Positions 47,912 to 56,661 of a stretch of 64,000 nt of DNA are shown here, in pieces. The DNA lies in NCBI GenBank assembly GCA_947626365.1, contig CANQRW010000008.1:3111-67110 (forward strand), given 5' to 3'. Every line of letters starts with the position of its first letter. Position 1 is the first letter of the stretch. The notes under the pieces are model-generated. The model was not told the DNA's origin and did not search any database. It saw only the letters and a program-made list of their open reading frames with translations. The stretch comes from an uncultured Lachnospiraceae bacterium. GTDB lineage: Bacteria; Bacillota; Clostridia; Lachnospirales; Lachnospiraceae. A program made the translations under genes and the position numbers.

Positions 47912-49393
47912 TTATTTCGCAAATGGATTCTCTGACGGATACAGCATCCCCTTGGGCTGGTTAAATCCGATGCTCTCCGCGCCCAAATACTTAAATACCT
48001 CAAACAAAGCCTTGCCGTAATGGCCGAAGGCCACTGCGCCGTGGTGGGGGAATCCGCCCTCGATCAGCACATGACGATAGAAACGTCCCATCTCCGGAAT
48101 GGCGAAAACGCCTACGCCGCCGAAGGACTTGGTAGCTACCGGCAGAACCTCGCCCTGAGCTACGTAAGCTCTCAGATGGTTGTCCGCCGTGCTCTGGAGA
48201 CGGTAGAAGGTGATCTCGCCGGGCACAATATCTCCCTCCAGGGTACCCTGGGTTACCTCCTCCGGAAGGGACCTGGCCATGATCAGCTGATATTTCATAG
48301 AGCAGCTGGTCAGCTTCTTGGAACAGGTGTTGCCGCAGTGGAAGCCCATGAAAGTGTCCTTGTGGGTATAATCGTATTTCCCCTTGATATCGGTCTCATA
48401 CATATCGTCCGGAACCGTGTTGTTAATGTCAAGCAAGGTCACGATGTCGCCGCTGACACAGGCGCCGATATACTCGCTGAGGGCGCCGTAGATATCCACC
48501 TCGCAGGACACAGGGATTCCCCGGCCCGTAAGGCGGCTGTTGACGTAGCAGGGCACAAAGCCGAACTGGGTCTGGAAAGCGGGCCAGCATTTTCCAGCGA
48601 TAGCCACGTACTTGCGGTAGCCCTTGTGGTCCTCGATCCAGTCGAGAAGAGTCAGCTCATACTGGGCCAGCTTGGGCAGGATCTCCGGCTTTTTGTTGCC
48701 CGTTCCAAGCTCCGCCGCCATATCCGCCACTACATCCGGAATTCTGGGATCGCCGGCGTGCTTATTGAAAGCCTCGAACAGATCCAGCTCTGAGTTCTCC
48801 TCGATCTCCACACCCATGTTGTACAGCTGCTTGATGGGCGCGTTGCAGGCCAGGAAATTGAGGGGTCTGGGACCAAAGCTGATGATCTTCAGCTGGGACA
48901 GTCCCACCAGGGCCCTTGCGATGGGAACAAACTCCTCGATCATGTCGGCGCACTCTTCGGCGGTGCCTACGGGATACTCCGGAATATAAGCCTTAATGTT
49001 GCGCAGCTTTAAGTTATAGCTGGCGTTCAGCATGCCGCAGTAGGCGTCGCCCCTGCCCTGGATCAGGCTGTCGCCGCTCTCCTCCGCCGCCGCGATGAAC
49101 ATGACCGGCCCGTCAAAATGTTTGGCCAGAAGAGTCTCGGAAATCTCCGGACCAAAGTTGCCCAGATACACCACCAAAGCGTTGCAGCCGGCGGCTTTCA
49201 CATCCTCCAGGGCCTGGACCATATGGATCTCGCTCTCCACGATACAGATGGGGCATTCATAAATGTTGGCCTTGTCATATTTGGCTGCGTAGGCGTCGAT
49301 CAAGGCCTTGCGGCGGTTCACTGACAAAGACTCCGGGAAACAGTCGCGGCTGACTGCCACGATTCCGATTTTTACTGCTGGTACGTTGCTCAT
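47912..49393 (-). CDS. L-fucose-isomerase-family pentose isomerase (XylA-II-like)
   Basis: KIGIVAVSRDCF, RGDAYCGMLNAS, SCEVDIYG, GFHCGN and FPHHGAV motifs. Lies next to xylB and DUF4867. Confidence 0.82.
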   Translation of the reverse strand: MSNVPAVKIGIVAVSRDCFPESLSVNRRKALIDAYAAKYDKANIYECPICIVESEIHMVQALEDVKAAGCNALVVYLGNFGPEISETLLAKHFDGPVMFIAAAEESGDSLIQGRGDAYCGMLNASYNLKLRNIKAYIPEYPVGTAEECADMIEEFVPIARALVGLSQLKIISFGPRPLNFLACNAPIKQLYNMGVEIEENSELDLFEAFNKHAGDPRIPDVVADMAAELGTGNKKPEILPKLAQYELTLLDWIEDHKGYRKYVAIAGKCWPAFQTQFGFVPCYVNSRLTGRGIPVSCEVDIYGALSEYIGACVSGDIVTLLDINNTVPDDMYETDIKGKYDYTHKDTFMGFHCGNTCSKKLTSCSMKYQLIMARSLPEEVTQGTLEGDIVPGEITFYRLQSTADNHLRAYVAQGEVLPVATKSFGGVGVFAIPEMGRFYRHVLIEGGFPHHGAVAFGHYGKALFEVFKYLGAESIGFNQPKGMLYPSENPFAK

Positions 49394-49526
49394 GTTCATA
49401 TCCTCCATTTATCATCATTATTTTGCATTATTTATTTTGCACCATTTATTTTGCGGGCCGCAGTCCGCAGCCCTCGATACCCTTCGCGCCGCTGGGGACA
49501 TCCCCGGGTTTACCGGCGCTGCCCCG

Positions 49527-50144
49527 TTATATAGACAGATTCTCGCCCTTTAATCCAATGAAGGCGTTCTCCGGCAGGCCGCCTTCCGCATGGCCAATGA
49601 GCCATTTGTTCTTCGCGAACAGAAGCCTGTCCTCACCGAACACTTCCTCCACCGGCTCCATATCCGTGTTGGTGTCCTTCGGCAGGATCACCACACAGCG
49701 GAATCCGCCTTCCTCCATGTTGCAGGGGGCATAGTGAAGGGTGGTGGCGTAGACCTCGATTACCGTCCCGGCCGGAACCAGATAGGCCTCTGCCTTCGAC
49801 GTATCATAAGTATAATCCGCCTCGATGTCCTGCTGCCTTCCGATGAGAAGCACCAGATCATCGCAGGCCACGTTGATCTCCGAGGTTCTGTGATATTCCA
49901 AGGCGTTCAGCTTCTTGTTATGGCCGTTGCAGTAGCCCACCTGAATGGGAATCTGGCCGTACAGGTTCTTCGCCATCTTCTGACACACGGGAAGGGCCTC
50001 CAGCTCCGGATCCGACGGAACATAGACCGTATCCGCCGGAAGCGGCGTCTTCTCCATGGCTGCCAGCAGTTCCCCGCAGTCATAACCGGTAATCACTTTC
50101 CCGTAGACCCCAAAAGACGGATCCGTGACTTTCTTAATGTTCAT
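49527..50144 (-). CDS. DUF4867-like cupin-type protein
   Basis: QVGYCNGHNKKLNALEYHRTSEIN, TTLHYAPC and KNKWLIGH motifs. Confidence 0.75.
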   Translation of the reverse strand: MNIKKVTDPSFGVYGKVITGYDCGELLAAMEKTPLPADTVYVPSDPELEALPVCQKMAKNLYGQIPIQVGYCNGHNKKLNALEYHRTSEINVACDDLVLLIGRQQDIEADYTYDTSKAEAYLVPAGTVIEVYATTLHYAPCNMEEGGFRCVVILPKDTNTDMEPVEEVFGEDRLLFAKNKWLIGHAEGGLPENAFIGLKGENLSI

Positions 50145-50266
50145 AACGATACAACACCTTCTTTCTCTATTCTTGCGGCAAACAGGCCGCTAAAAATCCG
50201 AATATCCGCAGCCTCCGACTGCCAACCGCCGGTCTAGGCTCGCTGCCGGCCGCCGGTTCCAGGCCG

Positions 50267-51790
50267 TTACAGCGCCGCCAGTTCCTTATAGCTGTCCTTC
50301 AGATTGGCATAAAGCTTCTTGTAAAGCTCATGGTATTTCGCGTACTGCTCCGCATCTTTCTCCACCGGATTGCTGCATTTGTCGGCGGAAATCAGCTCAT
50401 CGCAGGCCTCCTCCACGCTTCCGTAGATTCCGCATCCGACACCGGCCAGGATAGCGACGCCGAGAGCCGGTCCCTCCGACTGATGAACGGTCTTCACCTG
50501 ACAGCGGTACAGATCCGCCAGCATCTGCCGCCAGACCGGGCTTTTGCCGCCTCCGCCGCAGGCCATCATCTGATCCACGGCGACGCCCATCTCTGTCAGA
50601 ATGTCATTGCAGTCCGCCAGGGAATAGGACACGCCCTCCATCACCGCCCGAAGCAGATGGGCCTTGGTGTGAATGGCGGACAGCCCGAAGAATACGCCTC
50701 GGCAGTTCGGATCCAGATGAGGAGTCCTCTCCCCCATCAGGTAAGGCAGATAGATCAGCCGGTCGCTTCCCACAGGAATCTTATCGATATCCCGGTTGAT
50801 CAGATCGTAGACATCCACGCCCTCCTTCTCCGCCTCAGCCACATAGTCCTGACAGAAATTATCCTTAAACCACTTAAGGGAAAGGCCCGCTCCCTGGGTC
50901 ACGCCCATGATGTGCCATGCACCCGGCACAGCGCAGCAGCAGGTATGTACTCTCCCCTTGGGGTCGATGGTCACCTGGCTGGAATGGGCAAACACCACGC
51001 CGGAAGAACCGATGGTAGTAAACGCCCTTCCGTCCCGAACCACGCCCGTTCCCACAGCGGCAGCCGCATTGTCTCCGGCTCCGCCCACCACCTTCGTATC
51101 CGCGGACAACCCGACAGCATGGGCAATCTCAGGCAGAAGCCGTCCCGTCACCTGGCAGGATTCGTAGACCTTGCCCAGCCATTCAGCCGGAATATCCAGG
51201 GTTCTCAGCACTTCTTCCGACCAGCACCGTCCCGGCACGTCCAGAAGCTGCATGCCGCTGGCGTCCGACACCTCCGTGGCAAATACGCCGGTCAGCACAT
51301 AGCGGATATAGTCCTTGGGCAGAAGGATATGGCGGCACCGGGCATAGTTGTCCGGCTCATTCTTGCGGACCCACAGAATCTTAGCCGCCGTCCAGCCGGT
51401 CAGAGGCGGATTGGCCGTAATCTCAATCCACCGCTCCCTGGGCATCAGCTTCAGCATGTCCTCCACTTCCGCCCCCGTTCTCTGGTCGCACCAGATGATA
51501 GAAGGACGGATCACTTCCCCGGCCTCATCCAGCATCACCAGGCCGTGCATCTGGCCGGAAATGCCGATTCCCTTAATATCCTCCGCCGATACTTTAGACT
51601 GCTCTTTCACCGTCTTGAGAGTGGCAAGCACTGCCGCCTTCCAGTCCTCCGGCTTCTGTTCCGCCCAGCCGTTGTGGGGCTGGTACAGCGGATATTCATA
51701 TGAGGAGGACGCGATAACAGCGCCGTTCTCATCAAACAATACGGTCTTGGTAGCCGATGTACCTACATCAATACCGATTAAATAATTCAT
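50267..51790 (-). CDS. xylB: Xylulokinase
   Basis: GIDVGTSATK, SGQMHG, IIWCDQRT, GGAGDNAAA and LPYLMGERTP motifs. Confidence 0.93.
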   Translation of the reverse strand: MNYLIGIDVGTSATKTVLFDENGAVIASSSYEYPLYQPHNGWAEQKPEDWKAAVLATLKTVKEQSKVSAEDIKGIGISGQMHGLVMLDEAGEVIRPSIIWCDQRTGAEVEDMLKLMPRERWIEITANPPLTGWTAAKILWVRKNEPDNYARCRHILLPKDYIRYVLTGVFATEVSDASGMQLLDVPGRCWSEEVLRTLDIPAEWLGKVYESCQVTGRLLPEIAHAVGLSADTKVVGGAGDNAAAAVGTGVVRDGRAFTTIGSSGVVFAHSSQVTIDPKGRVHTCCCAVPGAWHIMGVTQGAGLSLKWFKDNFCQDYVAEAEKEGVDVYDLINRDIDKIPVGSDRLIYLPYLMGERTPHLDPNCRGVFFGLSAIHTKAHLLRAVMEGVSYSLADCNDILTEMGVAVDQMMACGGGGKSPVWRQMLADLYRCQVKTVHQSEGPALGVAILAGVGCGIYGSVEEACDELISADKCSNPVEKDAEQYAKYHELYKKLYANLKDSYKELAAL

Positions 51791-52016
51791 AAACCCCCGC
51801 CTCCCATCTGATTTACCAGAATTGTACCACAAATCAGCTTAAAAGGAAAGAAAAAACAAGACAAAAGAGACCGCCGCAAAAGATTCTTCCTTTTTGCAGC
51901 AGTCTCCCCATACAAACAAACGGCTTATCATATTTCAAGGCGGTCTTCAGCCGGTCACAAGCGCTCCGCTCCAAGCCCCTTTCATCCAGCCGCCAAAGTT
52001 CCGTTCAGAATACTTT

Positions 52017-53024
52017 TTAACCGGTTATCAGCGCTCCGCTGCCGTCGAAGGTATAATCTGCGCCATCGATGTTCTTCGTAACGCCGCAGGCCATCTTGCC
52101 GTCCGGCTCCAGATAATAGGTCTTATCCCCCAGAGTCAGCCAACCGGTCTTGATCCGATAGTCCTTCACATAATACCAGGTATTGTCCGCCAGTTTCCAG
52201 CCCTCCGCCGGAATCAGGGCCCCGTAATCCACAAAGGCGTACTCAATCGCTACATTGCCGGCGATTCCGTTTACCGTCCCGCTGTCTGTACACTGCCAGA
52301 TGGTCCGGTTGGGACACGTGCTGTCGGAGCCGTAGCGGGCGAACCAGATATCATAGGGTTCGCCGGAATCGGATACCAGCTTCGACACGTCCAGATAGCT
52401 GTCCAGCCAGTTCTTGTTGGTATAGACCATAGGCCGGTACCCTGCCTGCCGGATAATATCGCAGAAAATCTTCGCGTGACTGGTGATCTGCTCCCTGGTC
52501 AGGCCGTTGTCCAGCAGATACTGGGATTCCACGTCATAGGCCACCGGATAGGAAATCGGATAATCCTTAATCTGGCTCAGGACAAAATTCGCTTCCTCAG
52601 CCACTGCCTCATCGGTCAAAGCCTGAGTGTAGAAGAACACGCCGGTTTTGATCCCGGCCGCCGACGCCCCCGTCATATTCTGCTGGAAATAAGGGTCCAG
52701 ATCGTTCAGATAGCCAAGACGCACCATGGCAAAACTGACGCCGGAATTCCTCACCTGCTGCCAGTCGATGCCTCCCTGGCTCTCGCTGGCCCGGTTCTGA
52801 TATTTGCTGACGGAGATTCCCTTCGCCACTGCGCCCTCGACCACATTGCCGCTGCCGTCCACAAAGGCGACAGGGCCGGAAAACATGGGCATCGTCGATA
52901 TGCCTGGCCCACCCGGTCCGTCTGCCCAGGCCGTCAAAGGCGCCGCAAGGCTGACCGCAGTGATCAAAGCCGCCAGAGCAGCTGTCTTTCCGGAATTTTT
53001 TCTCCCCCATCCGCATTTTCTCAT
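52017..53024 (-). CDS. GH25 lysozyme/autolysin with C-terminal cell-wall-binding repeats
   Basis: Signal peptide, GISVSKYQ..IDWQQV, PVAYDVE, IWQCTDSG and CW repeats. Confidence 0.88.
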   Translation of the reverse strand: MRKCGWGRKNSGKTAALAALITAVSLAAPLTAWADGPGGPGISTMPMFSGPVAFVDGSGNVVEGAVAKGISVSKYQNRASESQGGIDWQQVRNSGVSFAMVRLGYLNDLDPYFQQNMTGASAAGIKTGVFFYTQALTDEAVAEEANFVLSQIKDYPISYPVAYDVESQYLLDNGLTREQITSHAKIFCDIIRQAGYRPMVYTNKNWLDSYLDVSKLVSDSGEPYDIWFARYGSDSTCPNRTIWQCTDSGTVNGIAGNVAIEYAFVDYGALIPAEGWKLADNTWYYVKDYRIKTGWLTLGDKTYYLEPDGKMACGVTKNIDGADYTFDGSGALITG

Positions 53025-53109
53025 AATATCTGCCTCCTTTTCCATCCGAAGCGAAACCGGTTCGCTCCGATTGGTACGTCATTTATTCTCTCTGATCCGT
53101 CCCGGGAAA

Positions 53110-56100
53110 TCACTCCAGCAGTTTCAGAATCTCCTCATAGCTTAGGCTTCCCAGTGAAATCTCATCGCCGGCGATCACCTGCTCCGCCAACCGCTCCTTT
53201 GCCCTCTGCAGGTTCAGAATATTCTCCTCGATAGTCCCCTTGGAAATCAGCTGGACCACCGTGACCGTCTTCGTCTGTCCGATGCGGTGGGTCCGGTCCG
53301 TGGCCTGATTCTGGGCCGCCACGTTCCACCAGGGATCGTAATGGATCACCATATCCGCCGCCGTCAGGTTCAGTCCCGTACCTCCCGCTTTCAGGGAAAT
53401 GAGAAACACCGGCGTGTCATCCTTCTGAAAGGCATTTACCAGGCGGATCCTCTCCTCCTTGGGCGTCTGGCCCGTCAGCATATAATATCCAATTTCCTCC
53501 CTGGCCAACCGCTCCGCGATCCGGTCCAGCATGGAGGTGAACTGGGAGAACAGAAGAATCTTGTAGCCGGAATCCACCGCTGAGCGCACTACCTCCATAC
53601 ATGTCTCCAGTTTGGCGGAACCGTCGGCATAATCCTCATATACCAGGCCGGGATCGCAGCACAGCTGCCGCAGGCGGGTCAGGGCTGCCAGAATCTGAAT
53701 CTTATTCTCGTCCCCGCCCTGCTCCAGCTGCCGCTTCAGCTTCCAGGCGCTTGCCGTATACAGCTCCTTCTGGCGCCCTTCCATCTGAGAATACACCACG
53801 GTATTCAGTTTCTCCGGCAGCTCCTTAAGCACCTGGCCTTTCAGGCGGCGCAGAATGAACGGACCTGTCATCCGCCGCAGAAGCTCCAGCGCCTCCTTGT
53901 TATCCTCCCGGACAATGGGAGACTCAAATGTGTTCTTAAACCGCTGATAAGAATACAGAAATCCCGGCATCAGATAATCAAAAATACTCCACAGCTCGCT
54001 GAGCCGGTTCTCAATGGGAGTTCCCGTCAGGGCGTATTTTGTCACCGCGCGGACGGCCTTCACCGCCTGAGCGCTCCGGGTCGATGGGTTTTTAATATAC
54101 TGGGCCTCGTCAATGATCTGGAAACGGAACTCTGTCTTCTGATAAAAATCCAGATCCCGCCTCAGCAGGTCGTAGGAGGTGATCACCACCTGGTACTCCG
54201 TTATACGGCGCAGCTTCTCTTCCCGCTCCGCCGCCGTTCCCACAATCAGAAGCGTCCTTAAGGACGGAGTAAATTTCTGGATTTCATATTCCCAATTATA
54301 TACCAGAGATGCAGGGCAGACAATTAAGGAAGTTTGAAGATTTCCTTTCAATCCTTCATCATAGAGAACGGACAGGACCTGCAGCGTCTTTCCCAGCCCC
54401 ATATCGTCTGCCAGGATCCCGCCGAAGCCATAGAAATCCAGGGTCCTCAGCCAGCGGAATCCCGCTTTCTGATACCCCCGCAGCACCTTCTCAAATCCTG
54501 GCGGAATCTCAAAATCGCTGTCCTCCACCGATTTCATACCGCGGACAATGGCCTTGAACCTCTGATTCCGTTCCAGACGGATATCTCTCCGGTCCCGATA
54601 CAGGCTGTCCAGAAAGAGGGCCCTGTACCTGGGAACCCGGATCCGGTTCTTCTGAATATCCGGCCCGGACACGGCAAGACCGTCCATCATCCTGGATACG
54701 GTCATCAGACCGTTGTCCTCCAGCCGGAGAAATTCTCCTGATTTCAGCCGGTAATAAGACCGTTTCTCGTGGTAAGCCTCCAGCACCCGGACCAGCTCCT
54801 CGCCGCTTAGATTTCCCGCTTCTACCGTCAGTTCCAGCCAGTTTCCCTCTGCCTGGATACCCACAGACACATTTCCGGCAGGAAGAACCTTCAGGCGGCT
54901 TATATTTTCCGGAATCACCACTTCTCCCAGGGCTTTCAGCTCCTCGATTCCCTCCGTGAGGAGACGGTAGACCGCAGCCTCATCATCCCGGATGACCAGG
55001 TCCCCGGTCCGGGAATCCCGATATTTAAAATACCGCGTCAGCGCCTGGCTGATCCGAAATTCTCCCGGCACGTCACGGCAGATACTTCCGGGCACACGTT
55101 CATCATCCAGCGGATGAAAGGAATAGGAGCCGTAGCTTAACGTGGGATGAAGGATTACCTGCCCGGCGTCCGGACTTTCCAGAAGAAATCTGGCCGTCAG
55201 CTCCGCCGGCCGATACCGGTCCAGTTCCACGCCGTCCACATCCAGTATGCCGAAATCCTCCAGTTTTCTCAGCACCCTCTCATAAAACAGCGGTATGTCC
55301 TTTTCATTCACCGTCACCTCATAGGGCGCTCCGTAACCCTGGGTCATCAGCCGGAAAAATACTTCCATCCCGCGGCTGAAAGCCTCGTCGCAGAGATATA
55401 GCCGGCCGCCTCGGATAATATAAAGAAGGGACTCCCCGTTAAAACTGGTAATCTCCTTGTCCAGAAATACCCGGATTCCTTTCGCGCCGGCTTTCCTCAC
55501 ATGAATCTCCAGCTCCGGATTCTCCCGGACTACCAGAAGCTTCTGTTTCTCGCCCAGGTGATTTTCCGTCTCTATCTCCTGCCCCGTAAGCAGCCGGAAG
55601 AACCGGTCCCTGCGGATCCGGCTCAGATTCAGCTGGCGCAGAGCCGGCACCGCCGCGTAAAGGCTTTTCTTAAATTCGATAAAATGTTCCCGGAACGACT
55701 CGGAAAGTTCCAGCACCATGTCAAGCATCTGCCGGGAACCCTCAGAGAACGCCTCACGGCTGTGATAAAATGCCAGTTCCCTTCCGTACTCCACCAGACT
55801 GCCCTTCGCCACGGCCTCGGAGAACGCCACCAGATCCTTTACCAGGTACAGCCGTTTTCTCCCCACACGGAATTCCACCCGGATTTCCTGACGGCCGAAC
55901 AGCAGGCGGGGCACCAGTTCCACCGGTTCCTCTTCCTCCTTCTCCGCGATCGCCGCCACTTCCCGGTTGGTATATTCCCGGATCATGTTCCGTACCTGGA
56001 GTGAAGTGGACACCTGCCGTTCCGGCTCCCCTTCCGCTTTCCTCCTGTAGAAATCAAACATGGCTTTCTCATGGGGACAAAGCCCCTTATAAGACGTTCC

Positions 56101-56247
56101 CTGATCACACGAACAAGAGCAGCTGTTGATATTGCTGCCCTTGATCTCCAGTCGGACCCGGTATTCACGACCGCCATCCTGTACCAGGCCCTCCACTCCG
56201 ACTTCCCCTTTCCAGAAAGTCTTTATTTCCATTTTTGAAACCCGCAT
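53110..56247 (-). CDS. SNF2-family helicase with N-terminal SWIM zinc finger
   Basis: CSCSC..CPH, LADDMGLGKT, IIDEAQ, LTGTPIENR, SLKAGGTGLNL and QATDRTHRIGQ. Start moved to ATG 56247 (GGAGGTG RBS). Confidence 0.93.
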   Translation of the reverse strand: MRVSKMEIKTFWKGEVGVEGLVQDGGREYRVRLEIKGSNINSCSCSCDQGTSYKGLCPHEKAMFDFYRRKAEGEPERQVSTSLQVRNMIREYTNREVAAIAEKEEEEPVELVPRLLFGRQEIRVEFRVGRKRLYLVKDLVAFSEAVAKGSLVEYGRELAFYHSREAFSEGSRQMLDMVLELSESFREHFIEFKKSLYAAVPALRQLNLSRIRRDRFFRLLTGQEIETENHLGEKQKLLVVRENPELEIHVRKAGAKGIRVFLDKEITSFNGESLLYIIRGGRLYLCDEAFSRGMEVFFRLMTQGYGAPYEVTVNEKDIPLFYERVLRKLEDFGILDVDGVELDRYRPAELTARFLLESPDAGQVILHPTLSYGSYSFHPLDDERVPGSICRDVPGEFRISQALTRYFKYRDSRTGDLVIRDDEAAVYRLLTEGIEELKALGEVVIPENISRLKVLPAGNVSVGIQAEGNWLELTVEAGNLSGEELVRVLEAYHEKRSYYRLKSGEFLRLEDNGLMTVSRMMDGLAVSGPDIQKNRIRVPRYRALFLDSLYRDRRDIRLERNQRFKAIVRGMKSVEDSDFEIPPGFEKVLRGYQKAGFRWLRTLDFYGFGGILADDMGLGKTLQVLSVLYDEGLKGNLQTSLIVCPASLVYNWEYEIQKFTPSLRTLLIVGTAAEREEKLRRITEYQVVITSYDLLRRDLDFYQKTEFRFQIIDEAQYIKNPSTRSAQAVKAVRAVTKYALTGTPIENRLSELWSIFDYLMPGFLYSYQRFKNTFESPIVREDNKEALELLRRMTGPFILRRLKGQVLKELPEKLNTVVYSQMEGRQKELYTASAWKLKRQLEQGGDENKIQILAALTRLRQLCCDPGLVYEDYADGSAKLETCMEVVRSAVDSGYKILLFSQFTSMLDRIAERLAREEIGYYMLTGQTPKEERIRLVNAFQKDDTPVFLISLKAGGTGLNLTAADMVIHYDPWWNVAAQNQATDRTHRIGQTKTVTVVQLISKGTIEENILNLQRAKERLAEQVIAGDEISLGSLSYEEILKLLE

Positions 56248-56271
56248 GGACACCTCCGTCTCCATGGAAAC

Positions 56272-56660
56272 ACTCGCGCAAGCTCTATTCGCAAAATCGC
56301 CTCTTCGGGGCTTTCCGCTGCTTCGCAGCTCCTTTTTGCTCATATTCTTGCGCTTGAGCCCGCCTGCATTCCACGCACCAGTTCACTCGCGCAAGCTCTA
56401 TTCGCAAAATCGCCCCTGCGGGGCTCTCCGCTGCTTCGCAGCTCCCTTTTGCTCATATTCTTGCGCTTAAACTCGCTCGTATCTTGCACACCAGTTCACT
56501 CGCGCAAGCTTTATTCGCAAAATCGCCCCTGCGGGGCTTTCCGCTGCTTCGCAGCTCCCTTTTGCTCATATTCTTGCGCTCCCTTCGCCGTCATCTGTCC
56601 GGGCAAATCTCTATGCGAGCATAGATTTGCCCGGACAGATGACGGCGAGTGAACTGGTGC
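56272..56660. repeat. Inverted-repeat-bounded element: three ~113-bp tandem units plus a long hairpin
   Basis: An 83-bp core starts at 56272, 56385 and 56498. (G)CACCAGTTCACTCGC occurs at the unit junctions and its reverse complement GCGAGTGAACTGGTGC at 56645-56660. A hairpin of about 30 bp lies at 56585-56649. Confidence 0.93.
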
Positions 56661-56661
56661 T

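Noticed and set aside
47912-49393. L-fucose utilisation locus
   Set aside because: No fuculokinase, fuculose-phosphate aldolase or fucose permease. The context is pentose catabolism.
56248-56343. N-terminal extension of the SNF2 helicase
   Set aside because: It derives from the repeat core. A good RBS and ATG exist at 56247.
56272-56580. CRISPR array
   Set aside because: The repeats are 83 bp, the linkers share a conserved GCACCAGTTC/ACACCAGTTC end, there are only three units, and no cas genes are in the window.
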